From UHGV virus genome UHGV-1361255: 55,716 nucleotides of DNA; one strand, given 5' to 3'. The notes beneath the pieces are model-generated. The model saw only the letters and a list, made by a program, of their open reading frames with translations. It had not been told where the DNA came from and ran no database searches. Origin of the DNA: a virus. A program made the position numbers and the translations under genes. This document shows, in pieces, positions 18,601 through 28,343 of the stretch. Within the stretch, counting starts at the first letter, position 1; every line of letters begins with the position of its first letter.

Positions 18601-21600
18601 CAGCAAAACGCTGGCCGACGGCGATGCCGCATTGAATGCGCAGATAAAGACTGCTGAAAATGGCCTGAAGCAGTCGCTGTCTCAGGTCAACACCACGCTG
18701 ACCAATGCGGTGAAGCAGGAGACCGCGGATCGTATCGCCGATGTTAACGCGAAGGCGGCACAGGCCGCTGATGAACTGCTGGCGGCAACGCAGGGGATTG
18801 AGGCTAGTATCGAGAGCCTGACTCAGGTGATGAAGACTGCCGATGAGAATCTGGCGCGGGAAATGTCCAGCCTCGCTGCCGGCGCTAATATCCAGTTCGA
18901 TTCGCAGGTTATCTGGCATTTCAACAATCAGACGACCGAGGGCTGGACCGGCAGCGCCGGCGTACCGGGTGTGTCCCAGGATGGCTGGTTACGCCCGGCG
19001 GACAGTGCCACCGATCCGTACATTACCTCTCCTGGCGGACTGGCTGTCGATGGTGCGGCGTACCGTTTCATCATGCTGCGCTTTCGTAAAACCGGCAAAC
19101 CAGTCTGGGCGGGTGAGATCCGCTGGGTGTCTGCCGGCGAAAACTTCACTAACACGAAGCGATACATTGTTGCTGAGCCGGAGTATGCCGATGGGGTGGC
19201 AACCCTGACGGTGCGTGATATTCCGTGGACAGGGAACATTGATCGTATTCGCCTGGACCTGACGAACCAGCAGGATGCCAGCAACTTTATCGAATTCGAC
19301 TGGATCGCCGTTGGCCGGCCAGCACCCGGCGCCAGTACGGCGGCTTTGCAGGATGTGCGCAGTACGCTGAGTAACGCGCTGACCGCCGAAGCGCAGGCAC
19401 GCAGCACGCTGGCGGCGCAGATGCGTGGCTCCTATGATGGGAGCGATCTGGAGAAAGTCACCTCCGGGCTGCTGTACCAGGAAAAAACCGCGCGCGTTAC
19501 CGCCATCTCGGCGGAAGTTAAGGCCAGAGAGTCCCTGCAGACGCAGTTTAACGACAACAAAGCTGCTGTTTCTGGTGAACTGAGTTCTCTGACGACAGAG
19601 CAGAGCGCGCAGGCGAGCCGTATCGGTGGCCTGGAAACCAGCCTCGGGAAAAAAGCCGATGCGGCCGCGCTGACGTCCCTGACGCAGAAAGTTGAGCAAC
19701 AGGGCGCCACGCTGACATCGCAGGGCGCCGCGTTAACATCGCTCACTAACCGGGTTGGCCAGACGGAAACGGGCCTGGCTGGTACGAATGAGGCACTGAG
19801 CGGGCTGCAGTCTGTTGTTACCCAGCAGGGCGACAGGATAACCAGCCAGGGTCAGTCCATCACGAAACTGACGAGCGATTTGGGCACGACAAATTCCGCG
19901 CTGGCGAAGAAAGCTGAAGCGGCTGCGGTCACTGCCTTAACGCAGCAGGTAGAGCAAAACGGGCGGGATATTCGCAGCAATACTGACAGCATCACCAGCC
20001 TGTCGAATCAACTGGTCAATGGCCAGCCGAATCGCTGGTCCCGTCGGATCTATCCGGTGCAGCTGGCTAACGCCGGGACAGTCCCGTCATTCAGCGATGT
20101 TCGCGCTGTGGCACCAACGGTAGTGGATGAGGTGGCCGACGCGGCCAAACTGGACTTTACGTCCGCCGGCAGCTATCTGATCGCGCTGTATTCCTGCCAG
20201 GTGAAAGTGGCCGCAGATACCACCATCACACTGGCGCCCGGCGCCAGGGTTTTTGATGATACCGGCGCCATATTTGTGAATGGGGTTCAGGTCGCCTGGG
20301 GTAACGCCAGCAGGAATACCGTCAGTTTTGAACTGAAAGTCGGCTGGAACACCGTTGAGTTTCTGGTGAATCAGTGGACCGGCCAGGCGTATATCAACCT
20401 GGGCCTGAAGCTGTCAGACAAGGTTGCTGAGATGTACTCCGGTCTCGGGGTTTCCGCGCTGGCAAACGCAGCCGGCGTGCTCAGCTCGAATGTCAGCCAG
20501 ATTGGCAACGAGGTGGTCAGCAATTCGCAGAGCATCACCCAACTCCGGAATGCGCTGACGCAGACAGACGCGAACGTGGCCAGCAAAGCGGATCAGACGG
20601 CGATGAACTCGCTAACCGGACGAGTGGAGAAGACGGAATCCGGGCTGACGGCTGCTAACGCCAACATTACCTCGCTGAAATCCGCTGTACGGGCCGGAAA
20701 CGCATCAGGCGGAGATTTAATTCCCAACCCGACATTTGACCCGGCTTACGACCAGATGGGGTTTAGCGTCGTATCCACGACGGCTGAGGAGGTCCCTCCT
20801 GGCTGCCCGTATGGTTATGCGGCCAGAATTGCCAGTCGGGATCACCATCCTAACTTTGCCGCGTTCCCGGCCACGCTTAACGATGTGATTGAGATCAGCG
20901 CACTGGTTGCCTGCGGCGCTGGCACGGCGAATTTTAATCTGTATGTTGGCACCGCCGTTCGGCCAGATACGAGCACCGGTGCGCCACTCATGGCGGGGGG
21001 CGGAAAATCACCTTCTGCGACCTGGCAGAGAACCACCTGGCGCTTCAAGGTCACGCAGGCGATGGTAGACAGGGGTTATATCCGCCCGTTCCTGCAGATC
21101 TCGCAGAACAGCCCGTATGGCACCGTATGGTTCGTTACGGACTGGCATATGCGAAATGTGACAGCGGCGCAAAAGGTTCAGGATACTGCGGATGCCACGG
21201 CGGCGGCGGTTGACTCGCTGACCACCACCGTGACGCAACAGGGTAATCTGCTGACCTCGACCGGCAACCGGACAACCCAGCTGGAAAACGGGCTGGCCAC
21301 CACCAATGCCGCAGTGGCCAAAAAGGCTGATGCGACAGCGGTGCAGGATTTGACCAATACCGTCACACAGCTGGGCAACGATCTGACTGCTGCGAACAGC
21401 GCCATCACGAAACTGACCGGAAATCTGGCGAATACCGATAAAGCGCTGGCGCAGAAAGCCGATGCGACTGCGCTGGCCACGCTCGACACGAAAGTGACGC
21501 AGCAGGGTAAAACGCTGGAGAGCCAGAGCAATTCGCTGACGAATCTGTCGAACAGTCTCTCGCAAGTTGCGGCAGATATCGATGCCAGCGGTCAGATACC

Positions 21601-24600
21601 GGGTAACCTGGTCGTGAATCCCTCATTTGAACGCGGGCTGGATGGTTATACCGGGCGGTCAACCGCGACCAGTGTGGTGGAGGTTTCCGCTCCTCACAGC
21701 GGGACGCGGGCGCTGAAGGTTGATCCGGGGAGCGTGTCTCCGGGGCAATACATCCCGTTTGTTCAGGGGCGAACCTATGAAATCGGGGTGTGGGTCAAGG
21801 AACCCGGAGCGACGACGGATAATGGCGCGGGGAACAACAAGTTGCGGATCGGTAACTCTGCCGGCCAGCCGGTCTTTGAGCGTCCGTACAACAGCGGCAC
21901 GGTGGGGACAAACTGGACCCTGGTTTCCGGTCGCTGGAAAGCGACGGAGACAGCCAGCCTGCCGGTGACGCTGAGCAACTATCTGATTAGCGGCAGCCGC
22001 TACTTCGATGATTTTTACGTCACTGACGTTACCGACCGGGTGGACATCGATGCCACCGCCGGCGCCGTTACCGGACTGACGAGCCGGGTCAGCACAGCGG
22101 AAGGGGCCATCACCTCACAAAGCCAGCAGCTGACGAACCTGCAGAACAGCCTGAACACGACCAACAGCAATGTGTCGAAGAAGGCCGATGCCACGGCACT
22201 GACTTCGGTCGATAACCGGGTGACAGAGGCGGAAGGGAAACTGACCACACAGAGCCAGCAGCTGACAAATCTGGCGAATGTGCTGACGGCCACCCGCAAC
22301 GCCGGCGACAACCTGATCCCGAACTTTGATTTTCTGCAGGGCAGCACTGCCTGGGATATTCAGTATCCAGCCGGTGTGACCTTTGGCGATTTCGGGGACG
22401 GGAAAGCGGGGGTCCGGCTGAACCGGACGACCACTATCAGCCCAGGAATTTTCTCCAACAACAACAAGCCGGTGCCGCTGAATGGCCAGCGCAAGTACCG
22501 GGTGGTGGTGAAGGCCAAAGGTGTTTCCGGAGCGATGAGTCTGCTGATCCGTCGCCAGAACAAAATTGGCCAGACGGATAGCACGTATGAGGATAAAACG
22601 GTCACGCTGACCACTGACTGGCAAACCATCACCTGGGAAACCGGATTGACGGCTGCCGGCGCGGACGGGCAGAACTTCAAACTTTATTCTCATCCGACAA
22701 ACGGTGAAATCTGGCTCGATTCCGTCCGGGTTTTTGATATCACCGATGAAACCAACATCAAGGCGACCAGCGATGCTGTTTCGTCTCTGACCGGGACGGT
22801 GACGAACCAGGGGAACACCCTGACATCACAGGGGCAATCCATCACGGCGCTGAATAACGCGCTGGAAGGGGTCAAAGGCGATGTGGCGAAGAAGGCTGAT
22901 GCGTCGGCGGTCAGTTCACTGACCAACCGGGTTACCCAGACTGAAAAGGATATCCGTAGCCAGGCCGACAGCCTGACCAGCCTGAATACATCGCTGAAGC
23001 AGCAGGCGACACGGGGAGCCAACGTACTGCCGGACGGCAGTTTTGAATCCTATGCCGTCGGCGATGTTCTCAGTAATGCCCGCGCCGTTATCACCAGTGA
23101 AGCTGCTCACAGCGGGACCAAAAGCCTGCGTGTTACGCGCAGTACGGAGTACAACCCGAACGCGACGGATAATAACGATACCCATATCTTTTCAGGCATG
23201 CAGGTTCGCGATAACGCGGTCTATTACGTGGAGGCGTGGGTTAAGTTGCCGGCTGGCTCGACCGCCGATCCGACCGTTTATATGGTACTCGGATTTTCCT
23301 TCCAGGATTCAGCCAATGGCTGGTCGTGGCCTGGCCTGAACGTGAAAGTCTCCGAGTTGTCGGTGGACAACTGGACAAAAGTCAGTGGCTATCTGACCAA
23401 CAACCGAACCGCACTGAAACAGGCAATGGTGAGGATCTCCATCCCGAATACACCAAAAGTTCGCCTGGGTGACGCCTTCCTGATTGATGATCTGATCATC
23501 ACTGACGTGACCGATGCGAAAGCGGCGCTCGATGCCGCCGATGCGAATGCGCAGGCGCTTTCCAGTCTGTCCGCGTCAGTCACGCAGAACGGGAAGAATA
23601 TTACGTCTCAGGGCAGCGCGATCACGAAGCTGCAGTCGGATGTGACGCAACTTGGTAAGGATATCAGCGGCAAGGCCGATGCCAGCGCGCTGACGAATCT
23701 GACGACCCGCGTGACGGCTACCGAAGGCAGCCTGAAATCGCAGGGAGACAGCCTGACCAGCCTGCAGAACAGCCTGAACACGACTAACAGCAATGTGGCG
23801 AAGAAGGCTGATGCAACGGCGCTGCAGAGCCTGCAGAACACCGTTGAACAGCATGGCAGGGATCTGACCGCGCAAAGCAGCGCGCTGACGAACCTGGAAA
23901 ACAACTTTTCCTCCCTGGCCGTTGGCGGGACCAACCTTATCCGCAATGCGGACACACTGGAGGGATGGAGCAGCCGCCACGCCACAGAGACGTATCTGGG
24001 CGACCGCGTGGCCTACACCCGGCTGGCGAAAGGTGCATCCGGTTATATCCAGCTGGATGAACAGACGCTGGATGTTACCGGGCGTACGGAATTTGTATTC
24101 AGCTTCTATGCGAAAGGGGCTTATGACGGGCAGGAGATGGCGAGTTATTTCTATAACCCGTCGAACACCACCACCACGGAAACCAGCCAGGGCGTTAAAG
24201 GCGGGGCCGGTGACGGCAAGGCGGTCACGAAACTGACCACCGCATGGGCGCGTTACTGGGTGAAATGGGTTATTCCTGCCACCAGTGGCACCAAACGGCT
24301 GATTGCCGCGCGTCTGGAAAGCGCGACGTCTGCCGACAAAGAAGTCTGGCTCTGCCGCCCTCAGCTGGAAACCGGGACCGTGATGACCGACTGGTCACCG
24401 AGTCCGGATGATGCGGCCAGCGGTATTACCGCGAACACATCGGCCATTAACAGCCTCACCAGTCGGGTGACGAATGCCGAGGGGCAGCTGACCGCGCAGT
24501 CTCAGAGCATCACGAATCTGCAGAACAGCCTGAACACCACCAACAACAACGTGGCACAAAAGGCCAGCGCGCAGTCGGTGAGTGATCTCACCAGCCGGGT

Positions 24601-27600
24601 CACCAGTGCGGAAGGCAAAATCACCTCCCAGGGGCAGGCTATCACGAAGCTGCAGGGCGATTTGAGCAGCACCACCGATAAGGTCAACACCAAAGCGGAT
24701 CAGACGGCGCTTAACGCGCTGACTGGCCGGGTGGAGAAAACCGAGGCAGGCCTCACGGCAGCCAACAGCAACATCGTCAGCCTGACGGCGGCGGTGAACG
24801 CCGGGAATGCTGCCGGGGATGATTACATCCCAAACCCGTCATTTGATCCGGCGTATGACCGCATGGGTTATGACGTGGTGGAGACCACCGCCGATGGTGT
24901 GCCGGCTGACTGCCCGTTCAGGTATGCCGTCCGGCTGGCCGGGCGAGACCATGTGCCAAAAATCAACAATATCGCTGTGACGCCGGGCGACGTTTACGAA
25001 ATGTCTGCTCTGGTAGCGTGTGGTACCGGCAGCGCTGACTTTAATTTCTACATCGGTCGGGCCACCACTGCTACTGGTGGCATCGGGGCGAGAGCGTCCG
25101 GGGGAAACACCAGGACCACCACCGCGTGGAAACGAGCCACCTGGCGCTTTACTGTGCCGGCAGACACGAACTTCCTGCGACCGTTCCTGCAGGTTAATCA
25201 GAGCAGCCCGTTTGGCACTGTCTGGTACGCTGCCGACTGGCATATGCGTAACGTGACGGCGGCGAACAGCGCGCAGAAAACCGCAGATGCGACCGCAAAA
25301 GCGGTGGATTCACTGACCACCACGGTTAGCCAGCAGGGCGATACGCTCAGCAGCATCGGCACGCGTACCACCTCGCTGGAGAACAGCCTCCGATCGACAA
25401 ACGATACGGTGAGTAAAAAGGCTGACACGACAGCGGTGACGCAGCTGCAGGGCACGGTGACGCAGCAGGGGAATGACATCGCGGCAGCCAACAGCGCGCT
25501 GACAAAACTCAGCAGCGATCTGGCCACGACGAATGCGAACGTGAACAAAAAAGCGGACGCAAGCGCGATGAACACCCTGCAAAACCAGGTCACGGAGCAG
25601 GGCAAAACACTCAGTGCGCAAGGGGATTCTTTGACGCAACTGAGTAACAGCCTGAGCCAGACGGCAGCAGATATTGACGCCAGCGGGAAAATGCCGGGCA
25701 ACCTCATTGTCAACGGCAGTTTTGAGCGCGGCGCGGCGGGCTTTACCGGCTGGAGCAGTACCGCAACGGTGGCCGATTTACAGGTTCCGCACTCGGGTAA
25801 CAAGGCACTGAAAATGTCTGCCGGCCAGTCTAACCTGGTCGGACAGGAAATCAGTATTACCCAAGGCCGTACCTACCGCATGGGGGTATGGGCGAAGCAG
25901 GATCCGGGGACCACGATTAAAGATGCGGATAACACGAAGTTTCGTGTGGCCGACAGCACTGGCCTGCTGGCCGGCTCAAACTACGGACCGTTTAGTTCTG
26001 GCTGGCAACTGGTAACGTTTGACTGGAAAGCCACGAAGACCACAATGGCCAGTTTCCAGCTGACGACCTTCCTCAGCGCGGGGGCAATGTATTTTGATGA
26101 TTTCCATGTTCTCGATGTTACGGATGAAAAGGATATCGCGGCTAACGCCGGGGCCATCTCTCAGATGAATACCCGCGTCACCGCTGCGGAAGGGGCTATC
26201 ACCACCCAGGCGCAGCAGCTGACGAAACTCAGCGGCGATCTGGCCGTCACGAATGCGGCGGTCAGTAAGAAGGCTGAGCAAAGCGCTGTCACCGGGTTGA
26301 CCACCCGGATGACGTCTGCTGAGGGTAAACTGGATTCGCAGTCGCAGCAGCTCACCAGTCTGCAGAACAGCCTGACCACGATGAATACGGAGCTGGGGAA
26401 AAAGGCTGACACGTCCGCGGTGAGTTCACTGACCGGTCGCGTCAGCCAGGTGGAAAACACCATCACCAGCCAGTCGCAGAGCATCACGTCGCTGACCAGC
26501 ACCATCAATACCATCCGCACTCAGGGAGCTAATCCGTGGGTTGACGGTACGTTTGAAAGCTACAGCGATGGCCAGGTGCTGGGCGGGAACGGCACCGCCG
26601 TTGTGGTGGCGTCTCGGAAATTCACCGGCGGTAAGAGCCTGAAGTTGAGATGGGATGAGAACAACAGCGGCAACAGTGATAAACAGCTTGGCACCTGGCA
26701 GTCAGTCCGTGAGGACGCGAAGTTCCGGTTTGAGTTCTGGGCCATGATGCCGGCGGATCAGGCGCCCTCCTCCGGGTGGACAACGCTGGTCGGTATCCAG
26801 TCGCAGAATGCTGCCGGGCAAAATGCGTGGCAGGCGGCGGTCACTGTCAGCGAAGCCTCTCTGGGCGCGCGCGATAAATGGGTGAAATTTACGGGTATCG
26901 CCAGTAACAACGGGGCGGGCAGAACACGCGCGGTGGTCTGGATCTCCACCCGTGGCGCCACCGGCAACGGTACCCCTGGCTATTCACTGTATCTCGACGA
27001 TCTGGTCATCACGGATGTTACCGATGCGAAAGCGGCACAGGATGCCTCTGACGCGACGGCGAGCGCTGTGAGCGGCCTGACGGCGCGCGTAACGGATGCC
27101 GAAGGGAAAATCACCGCTCAGGCGCAGCAGCAGACTGCACTGGCCACGAAAGTGGATAACGCCAACTCCCGCGTCGATAACATGGCGAAGACGCTGAGCG
27201 ACAGCCAGAGCACACAGGCCAGCCTGAATACCTCGCTTCAGTCGCAGATTGACGCGCAGGCGGCCGCCAACATCAAAAACCAGACGACGCTGGACAACAC
27301 GATTAAATCGGTGGCCAGTATCACCAGTACCCAGCAGACGCATGCAACGGCACTGGAGGCGCTGGCAACGCAGCAGACGACCCTGACATCCAGTGTCGGG
27401 GATCTCAGCGCTTCTGTTCAGAACACCGCCAAAACCGTGGCGGATGTGAATGGTACGGTGAGTTCGCTGTGGTCGATGAAGGTTGAGACGGTTAACGGGA
27501 AGAATGTTGGCGCGGGGATTACGCTGGGCAGCAATGGTGAAACGAGCGACATGATCCTCTACGCCGACCGCTTCTCGCTGTTTAACCGTAACAATGCGAC

Positions 27601-28282
27601 GGCAGTGCCGGTGATGATTGCCGAAGGCAATGAACTGTATATCGATACGGCACGTATCAAAAACAGTTCCCTGACCTCAACCAAAATCGCGGACGGTTCC
27701 ATCACGAACGCGAAGATCGGCAACGAGATCCGCTCGAATAACTTTGTTGACGGGTCGCAAGGCTGGCGTATCGCCAAGGATGGCTCTTCGCAGTTCAATA
27801 ACGTGATCGTTCGTGGCAGGGTCGAAGCGAATAGCGGCGTGTTCCGTGGCACTGTCCAGGCGGATGCGTTCATCGGTGACATTGCGGTGGCAAAAGGTTA
27901 CGACAGCCTGACCTTCCGCCGCAACCAGACGGTACAGCGGAACGGTGCGTATCAGAACAGGGGGTATAGCATGACAGTGGTTCTGGCCTGCACCCTGGTG
28001 TGCCAGACCTATGGGACGGGCAGTGGCCTGGGGTATACCTCTGATATTACGTTCAACATTGGTGGGCAGGAGGTAACCCGCCGTATCTTCGTCGATGCCG
28101 GTAATATCACAGCTGGCACCACGGCCTTTGAATTGCGGTTTGCCGCGCGCCTGGATGCTGACTACAACAATGTCGGCTTCTTTATCAAGGCTACAGGTCG
28201 TAATGCCGCGATTGATTACACCTGCACAGTCGAGAACATCACCGCGACCGCATTCCGAACGGACAGCAGTTCATTTAGCTAA
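15695..28282 (+). CDS. giant tail tip / host specificity protein (lambda J-like N- and C-termini with a ~3000-aa modular insertion)
   Basis: 4195 aa. Residues 1-~830 resemble the lambda J N-terminal domains as I recall them (YCDQLVPDG, FN3-like part, ...YRARLVDRLGNESPWTGW). The last ~280 aa resemble the J C-terminus (ITNAKI...NSGVFRGTVQADAFIGDI...). Between them lie long fibre-like heptad/SLT..V..QG repeats alternating with ~150-200-aa beta-sandwich modules. Confidence 0.85.
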   Translation: MANNIIKGRKGGGSKQRTPTEQPDDLQSVAKAKILLALGEGEFAGGLTGKDIYLDGTPLENADGSQNFSGVSWEFRPGTQAQTYIQGIPGTENEISVGTEVSSKTAWTHTFTNTQLSAVRVRLKWPSLMKQEDDGDVVGNTVKYAIDLQTDGGAWQTVLETAVTGKTTSGYERSHRIDLPQAGSTWTLRLRKISPDANSVKVGDVMTLQSYTEVIDAKLRYPNTALLYIEFDSSQFNGSIPQISCEPRGRVIRVPDNYNPETREYTGVWTGGFKWAWTDNPAWIYYDIVTADRFGLGNRLSSANISKWTLYQIAQYCDQLVPDGRGGDGMEPRYTCNVYVQERNDAYTVLRDFAAIFRGMTCWNGEQIVVQADMPRDVDFTYTRANIVGKPRYSSSSSQVRYTNALVSWSDPDNAYADAMEPAFIPELVSRYSFNQLEMTAIGCTRQSEAHRKGLWGILTNNKDRVVEFDVGLDGRIPQPGYIIALADELLAGRVNGGRISAVNGRVITLDRDVDAKPGDRLQLNLPSGISQSRTIQAVNGRRQITVTTAYSETPERECVWAVESNDLFLQQYRVTGVKENGDATLTITGVSHDPDKFARIDTGAIIDQRPVSVLPAGNQSPPDDIVITSRSVVNQGISVETMQVNWSAVSGAIAYEAQWRRNDGNWINVPRSSTTSFEVSGIYAGRYLVRVRAINAAEISSGWAYSEEKTLTGKVGEPLAPLALATRSLVHGVQVSWEFPTGSGDTLRTELQYSKNQDGSAPMPLSDVAYPGKSYQQMGLSMGAEFWYRARLVDRLGNESPWTGWVQGMASDNFDDYYENLTDAIKDTAAWEETQRTISETQEGIRNTQQELEQTAEALRKEAEDQAKQVSQDIDASAKSITADVDGKISAVNKTITDEITSVNEALDSGLAQANKGVQEAKSAVADANKQIATVNKSLTDSITQVRQSVTDTAAEINATIDLEIARVSKTLADGDAALNAQIKTAENGLKQSLSQVNTTLTNAVKQETADRIADVNAKAAQAADELLAATQGIEASIESLTQVMKTADENLAREMSSLAAGANIQFDSQVIWHFNNQTTEGWTGSAGVPGVSQDGWLRPADSATDPYITSPGGLAVDGAAYRFIMLRFRKTGKPVWAGEIRWVSAGENFTNTKRYIVAEPEYADGVATLTVRDIPWTGNIDRIRLDLTNQQDASNFIEFDWIAVGRPAPGASTAALQDVRSTLSNALTAEAQARSTLAAQMRGSYDGSDLEKVTSGLLYQEKTARVTAISAEVKARESLQTQFNDNKAAVSGELSSLTTEQSAQASRIGGLETSLGKKADAAALTSLTQKVEQQGATLTSQGAALTSLTNRVGQTETGLAGTNEALSGLQSVVTQQGDRITSQGQSITKLTSDLGTTNSALAKKAEAAAVTALTQQVEQNGRDIRSNTDSITSLSNQLVNGQPNRWSRRIYPVQLANAGTVPSFSDVRAVAPTVVDEVADAAKLDFTSAGSYLIALYSCQVKVAADTTITLAPGARVFDDTGAIFVNGVQVAWGNASRNTVSFELKVGWNTVEFLVNQWTGQAYINLGLKLSDKVAEMYSGLGVSALANAAGVLSSNVSQIGNEVVSNSQSITQLRNALTQTDANVASKADQTAMNSLTGRVEKTESGLTAANANITSLKSAVRAGNASGGDLIPNPTFDPAYDQMGFSVVSTTAEEVPPGCPYGYAARIASRDHHPNFAAFPATLNDVIEISALVACGAGTANFNLYVGTAVRPDTSTGAPLMAGGGKSPSATWQRTTWRFKVTQAMVDRGYIRPFLQISQNSPYGTVWFVTDWHMRNVTAAQKVQDTADATAAAVDSLTTTVTQQGNLLTSTGNRTTQLENGLATTNAAVAKKADATAVQDLTNTVTQLGNDLTAANSAITKLTGNLANTDKALAQKADATALATLDTKVTQQGKTLESQSNSLTNLSNSLSQVAADIDASGQIPGNLVVNPSFERGLDGYTGRSTATSVVEVSAPHSGTRALKVDPGSVSPGQYIPFVQGRTYEIGVWVKEPGATTDNGAGNNKLRIGNSAGQPVFERPYNSGTVGTNWTLVSGRWKATETASLPVTLSNYLISGSRYFDDFYVTDVTDRVDIDATAGAVTGLTSRVSTAEGAITSQSQQLTNLQNSLNTTNSNVSKKADATALTSVDNRVTEAEGKLTTQSQQLTNLANVLTATRNAGDNLIPNFDFLQGSTAWDIQYPAGVTFGDFGDGKAGVRLNRTTTISPGIFSNNNKPVPLNGQRKYRVVVKAKGVSGAMSLLIRRQNKIGQTDSTYEDKTVTLTTDWQTITWETGLTAAGADGQNFKLYSHPTNGEIWLDSVRVFDITDETNIKATSDAVSSLTGTVTNQGNTLTSQGQSITALNNALEGVKGDVAKKADASAVSSLTNRVTQTEKDIRSQADSLTSLNTSLKQQATRGANVLPDGSFESYAVGDVLSNARAVITSEAAHSGTKSLRVTRSTEYNPNATDNNDTHIFSGMQVRDNAVYYVEAWVKLPAGSTADPTVYMVLGFSFQDSANGWSWPGLNVKVSELSVDNWTKVSGYLTNNRTALKQAMVRISIPNTPKVRLGDAFLIDDLIITDVTDAKAALDAADANAQALSSLSASVTQNGKNITSQGSAITKLQSDVTQLGKDISGKADASALTNLTTRVTATEGSLKSQGDSLTSLQNSLNTTNSNVAKKADATALQSLQNTVEQHGRDLTAQSSALTNLENNFSSLAVGGTNLIRNADTLEGWSSRHATETYLGDRVAYTRLAKGASGYIQLDEQTLDVTGRTEFVFSFYAKGAYDGQEMASYFYNPSNTTTTETSQGVKGGAGDGKAVTKLTTAWARYWVKWVIPATSGTKRLIAARLESATSADKEVWLCRPQLETGTVMTDWSPSPDDAASGITANTSAINSLTSRVTNAEGQLTAQSQSITNLQNSLNTTNNNVAQKASAQSVSDLTSRVTSAEGKITSQGQAITKLQGDLSSTTDKVNTKADQTALNALTGRVEKTEAGLTAANSNIVSLTAAVNAGNAAGDDYIPNPSFDPAYDRMGYDVVETTADGVPADCPFRYAVRLAGRDHVPKINNIAVTPGDVYEMSALVACGTGSADFNFYIGRATTATGGIGARASGGNTRTTTAWKRATWRFTVPADTNFLRPFLQVNQSSPFGTVWYAADWHMRNVTAANSAQKTADATAKAVDSLTTTVSQQGDTLSSIGTRTTSLENSLRSTNDTVSKKADTTAVTQLQGTVTQQGNDIAAANSALTKLSSDLATTNANVNKKADASAMNTLQNQVTEQGKTLSAQGDSLTQLSNSLSQTAADIDASGKMPGNLIVNGSFERGAAGFTGWSSTATVADLQVPHSGNKALKMSAGQSNLVGQEISITQGRTYRMGVWAKQDPGTTIKDADNTKFRVADSTGLLAGSNYGPFSSGWQLVTFDWKATKTTMASFQLTTFLSAGAMYFDDFHVLDVTDEKDIAANAGAISQMNTRVTAAEGAITTQAQQLTKLSGDLAVTNAAVSKKAEQSAVTGLTTRMTSAEGKLDSQSQQLTSLQNSLTTMNTELGKKADTSAVSSLTGRVSQVENTITSQSQSITSLTSTINTIRTQGANPWVDGTFESYSDGQVLGGNGTAVVVASRKFTGGKSLKLRWDENNSGNSDKQLGTWQSVREDAKFRFEFWAMMPADQAPSSGWTTLVGIQSQNAAGQNAWQAAVTVSEASLGARDKWVKFTGIASNNGAGRTRAVVWISTRGATGNGTPGYSLYLDDLVITDVTDAKAAQDASDATASAVSGLTARVTDAEGKITAQAQQQTALATKVDNANSRVDNMAKTLSDSQSTQASLNTSLQSQIDAQAAANIKNQTTLDNTIKSVASITSTQQTHATALEALATQQTTLTSSVGDLSASVQNTAKTVADVNGTVSSLWSMKVETVNGKNVGAGITLGSNGETSDMILYADRFSLFNRNNATAVPVMIAEGNELYIDTARIKNSSLTSTKIADGSITNAKIGNEIRSNNFVDGSQGWRIAKDGSSQFNNVIVRGRVEANSGVFRGTVQADAFIGDIAVAKGYDSLTFRRNQTVQRNGAYQNRGYSMTVVLACTLVCQTYGTGSGLGYTSDITFNIGGQEVTRRIFVDAGNITAGTTAFELRFAARLDADYNNVGFFIKATGRNAAIDYTCTVENITATAFRTDSSSFS

Positions 28283-28285
28283 CAG

Positions 28286-28312
28286 AGGCCCCGCAAGGGG
28301 CCTTTTCTTTTT
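28286..28312 (+). terminator. intrinsic terminator after J
   Basis: aggcccc-gcaa-ggggcct stem followed by a T run. Confidence 0.6.
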
Positions 28313-28343
28313 CCAGGGAAAACCATCCAGGAGGAACTTTATT

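Noticed and set aside
16256-27343. Numerous long minus-strand ORFs inside the giant J gene (for example 16256..17131, 21008..21565, 22115..22693, 25198..25803)
   Set aside because: They are antisense to a continuous 12.6-kb plus-strand ORF with coherent protein features. Open antisense frames are expected in GC-rich repetitive coding DNA, and none has an RBS.
28095-28343. N-terminal extension of the fibre ORF overlapping the J C-terminus
   Set aside because: An AGGAGG RBS and an ATG at 28344 follow the J terminator. The extension would read through a terminator hairpin.
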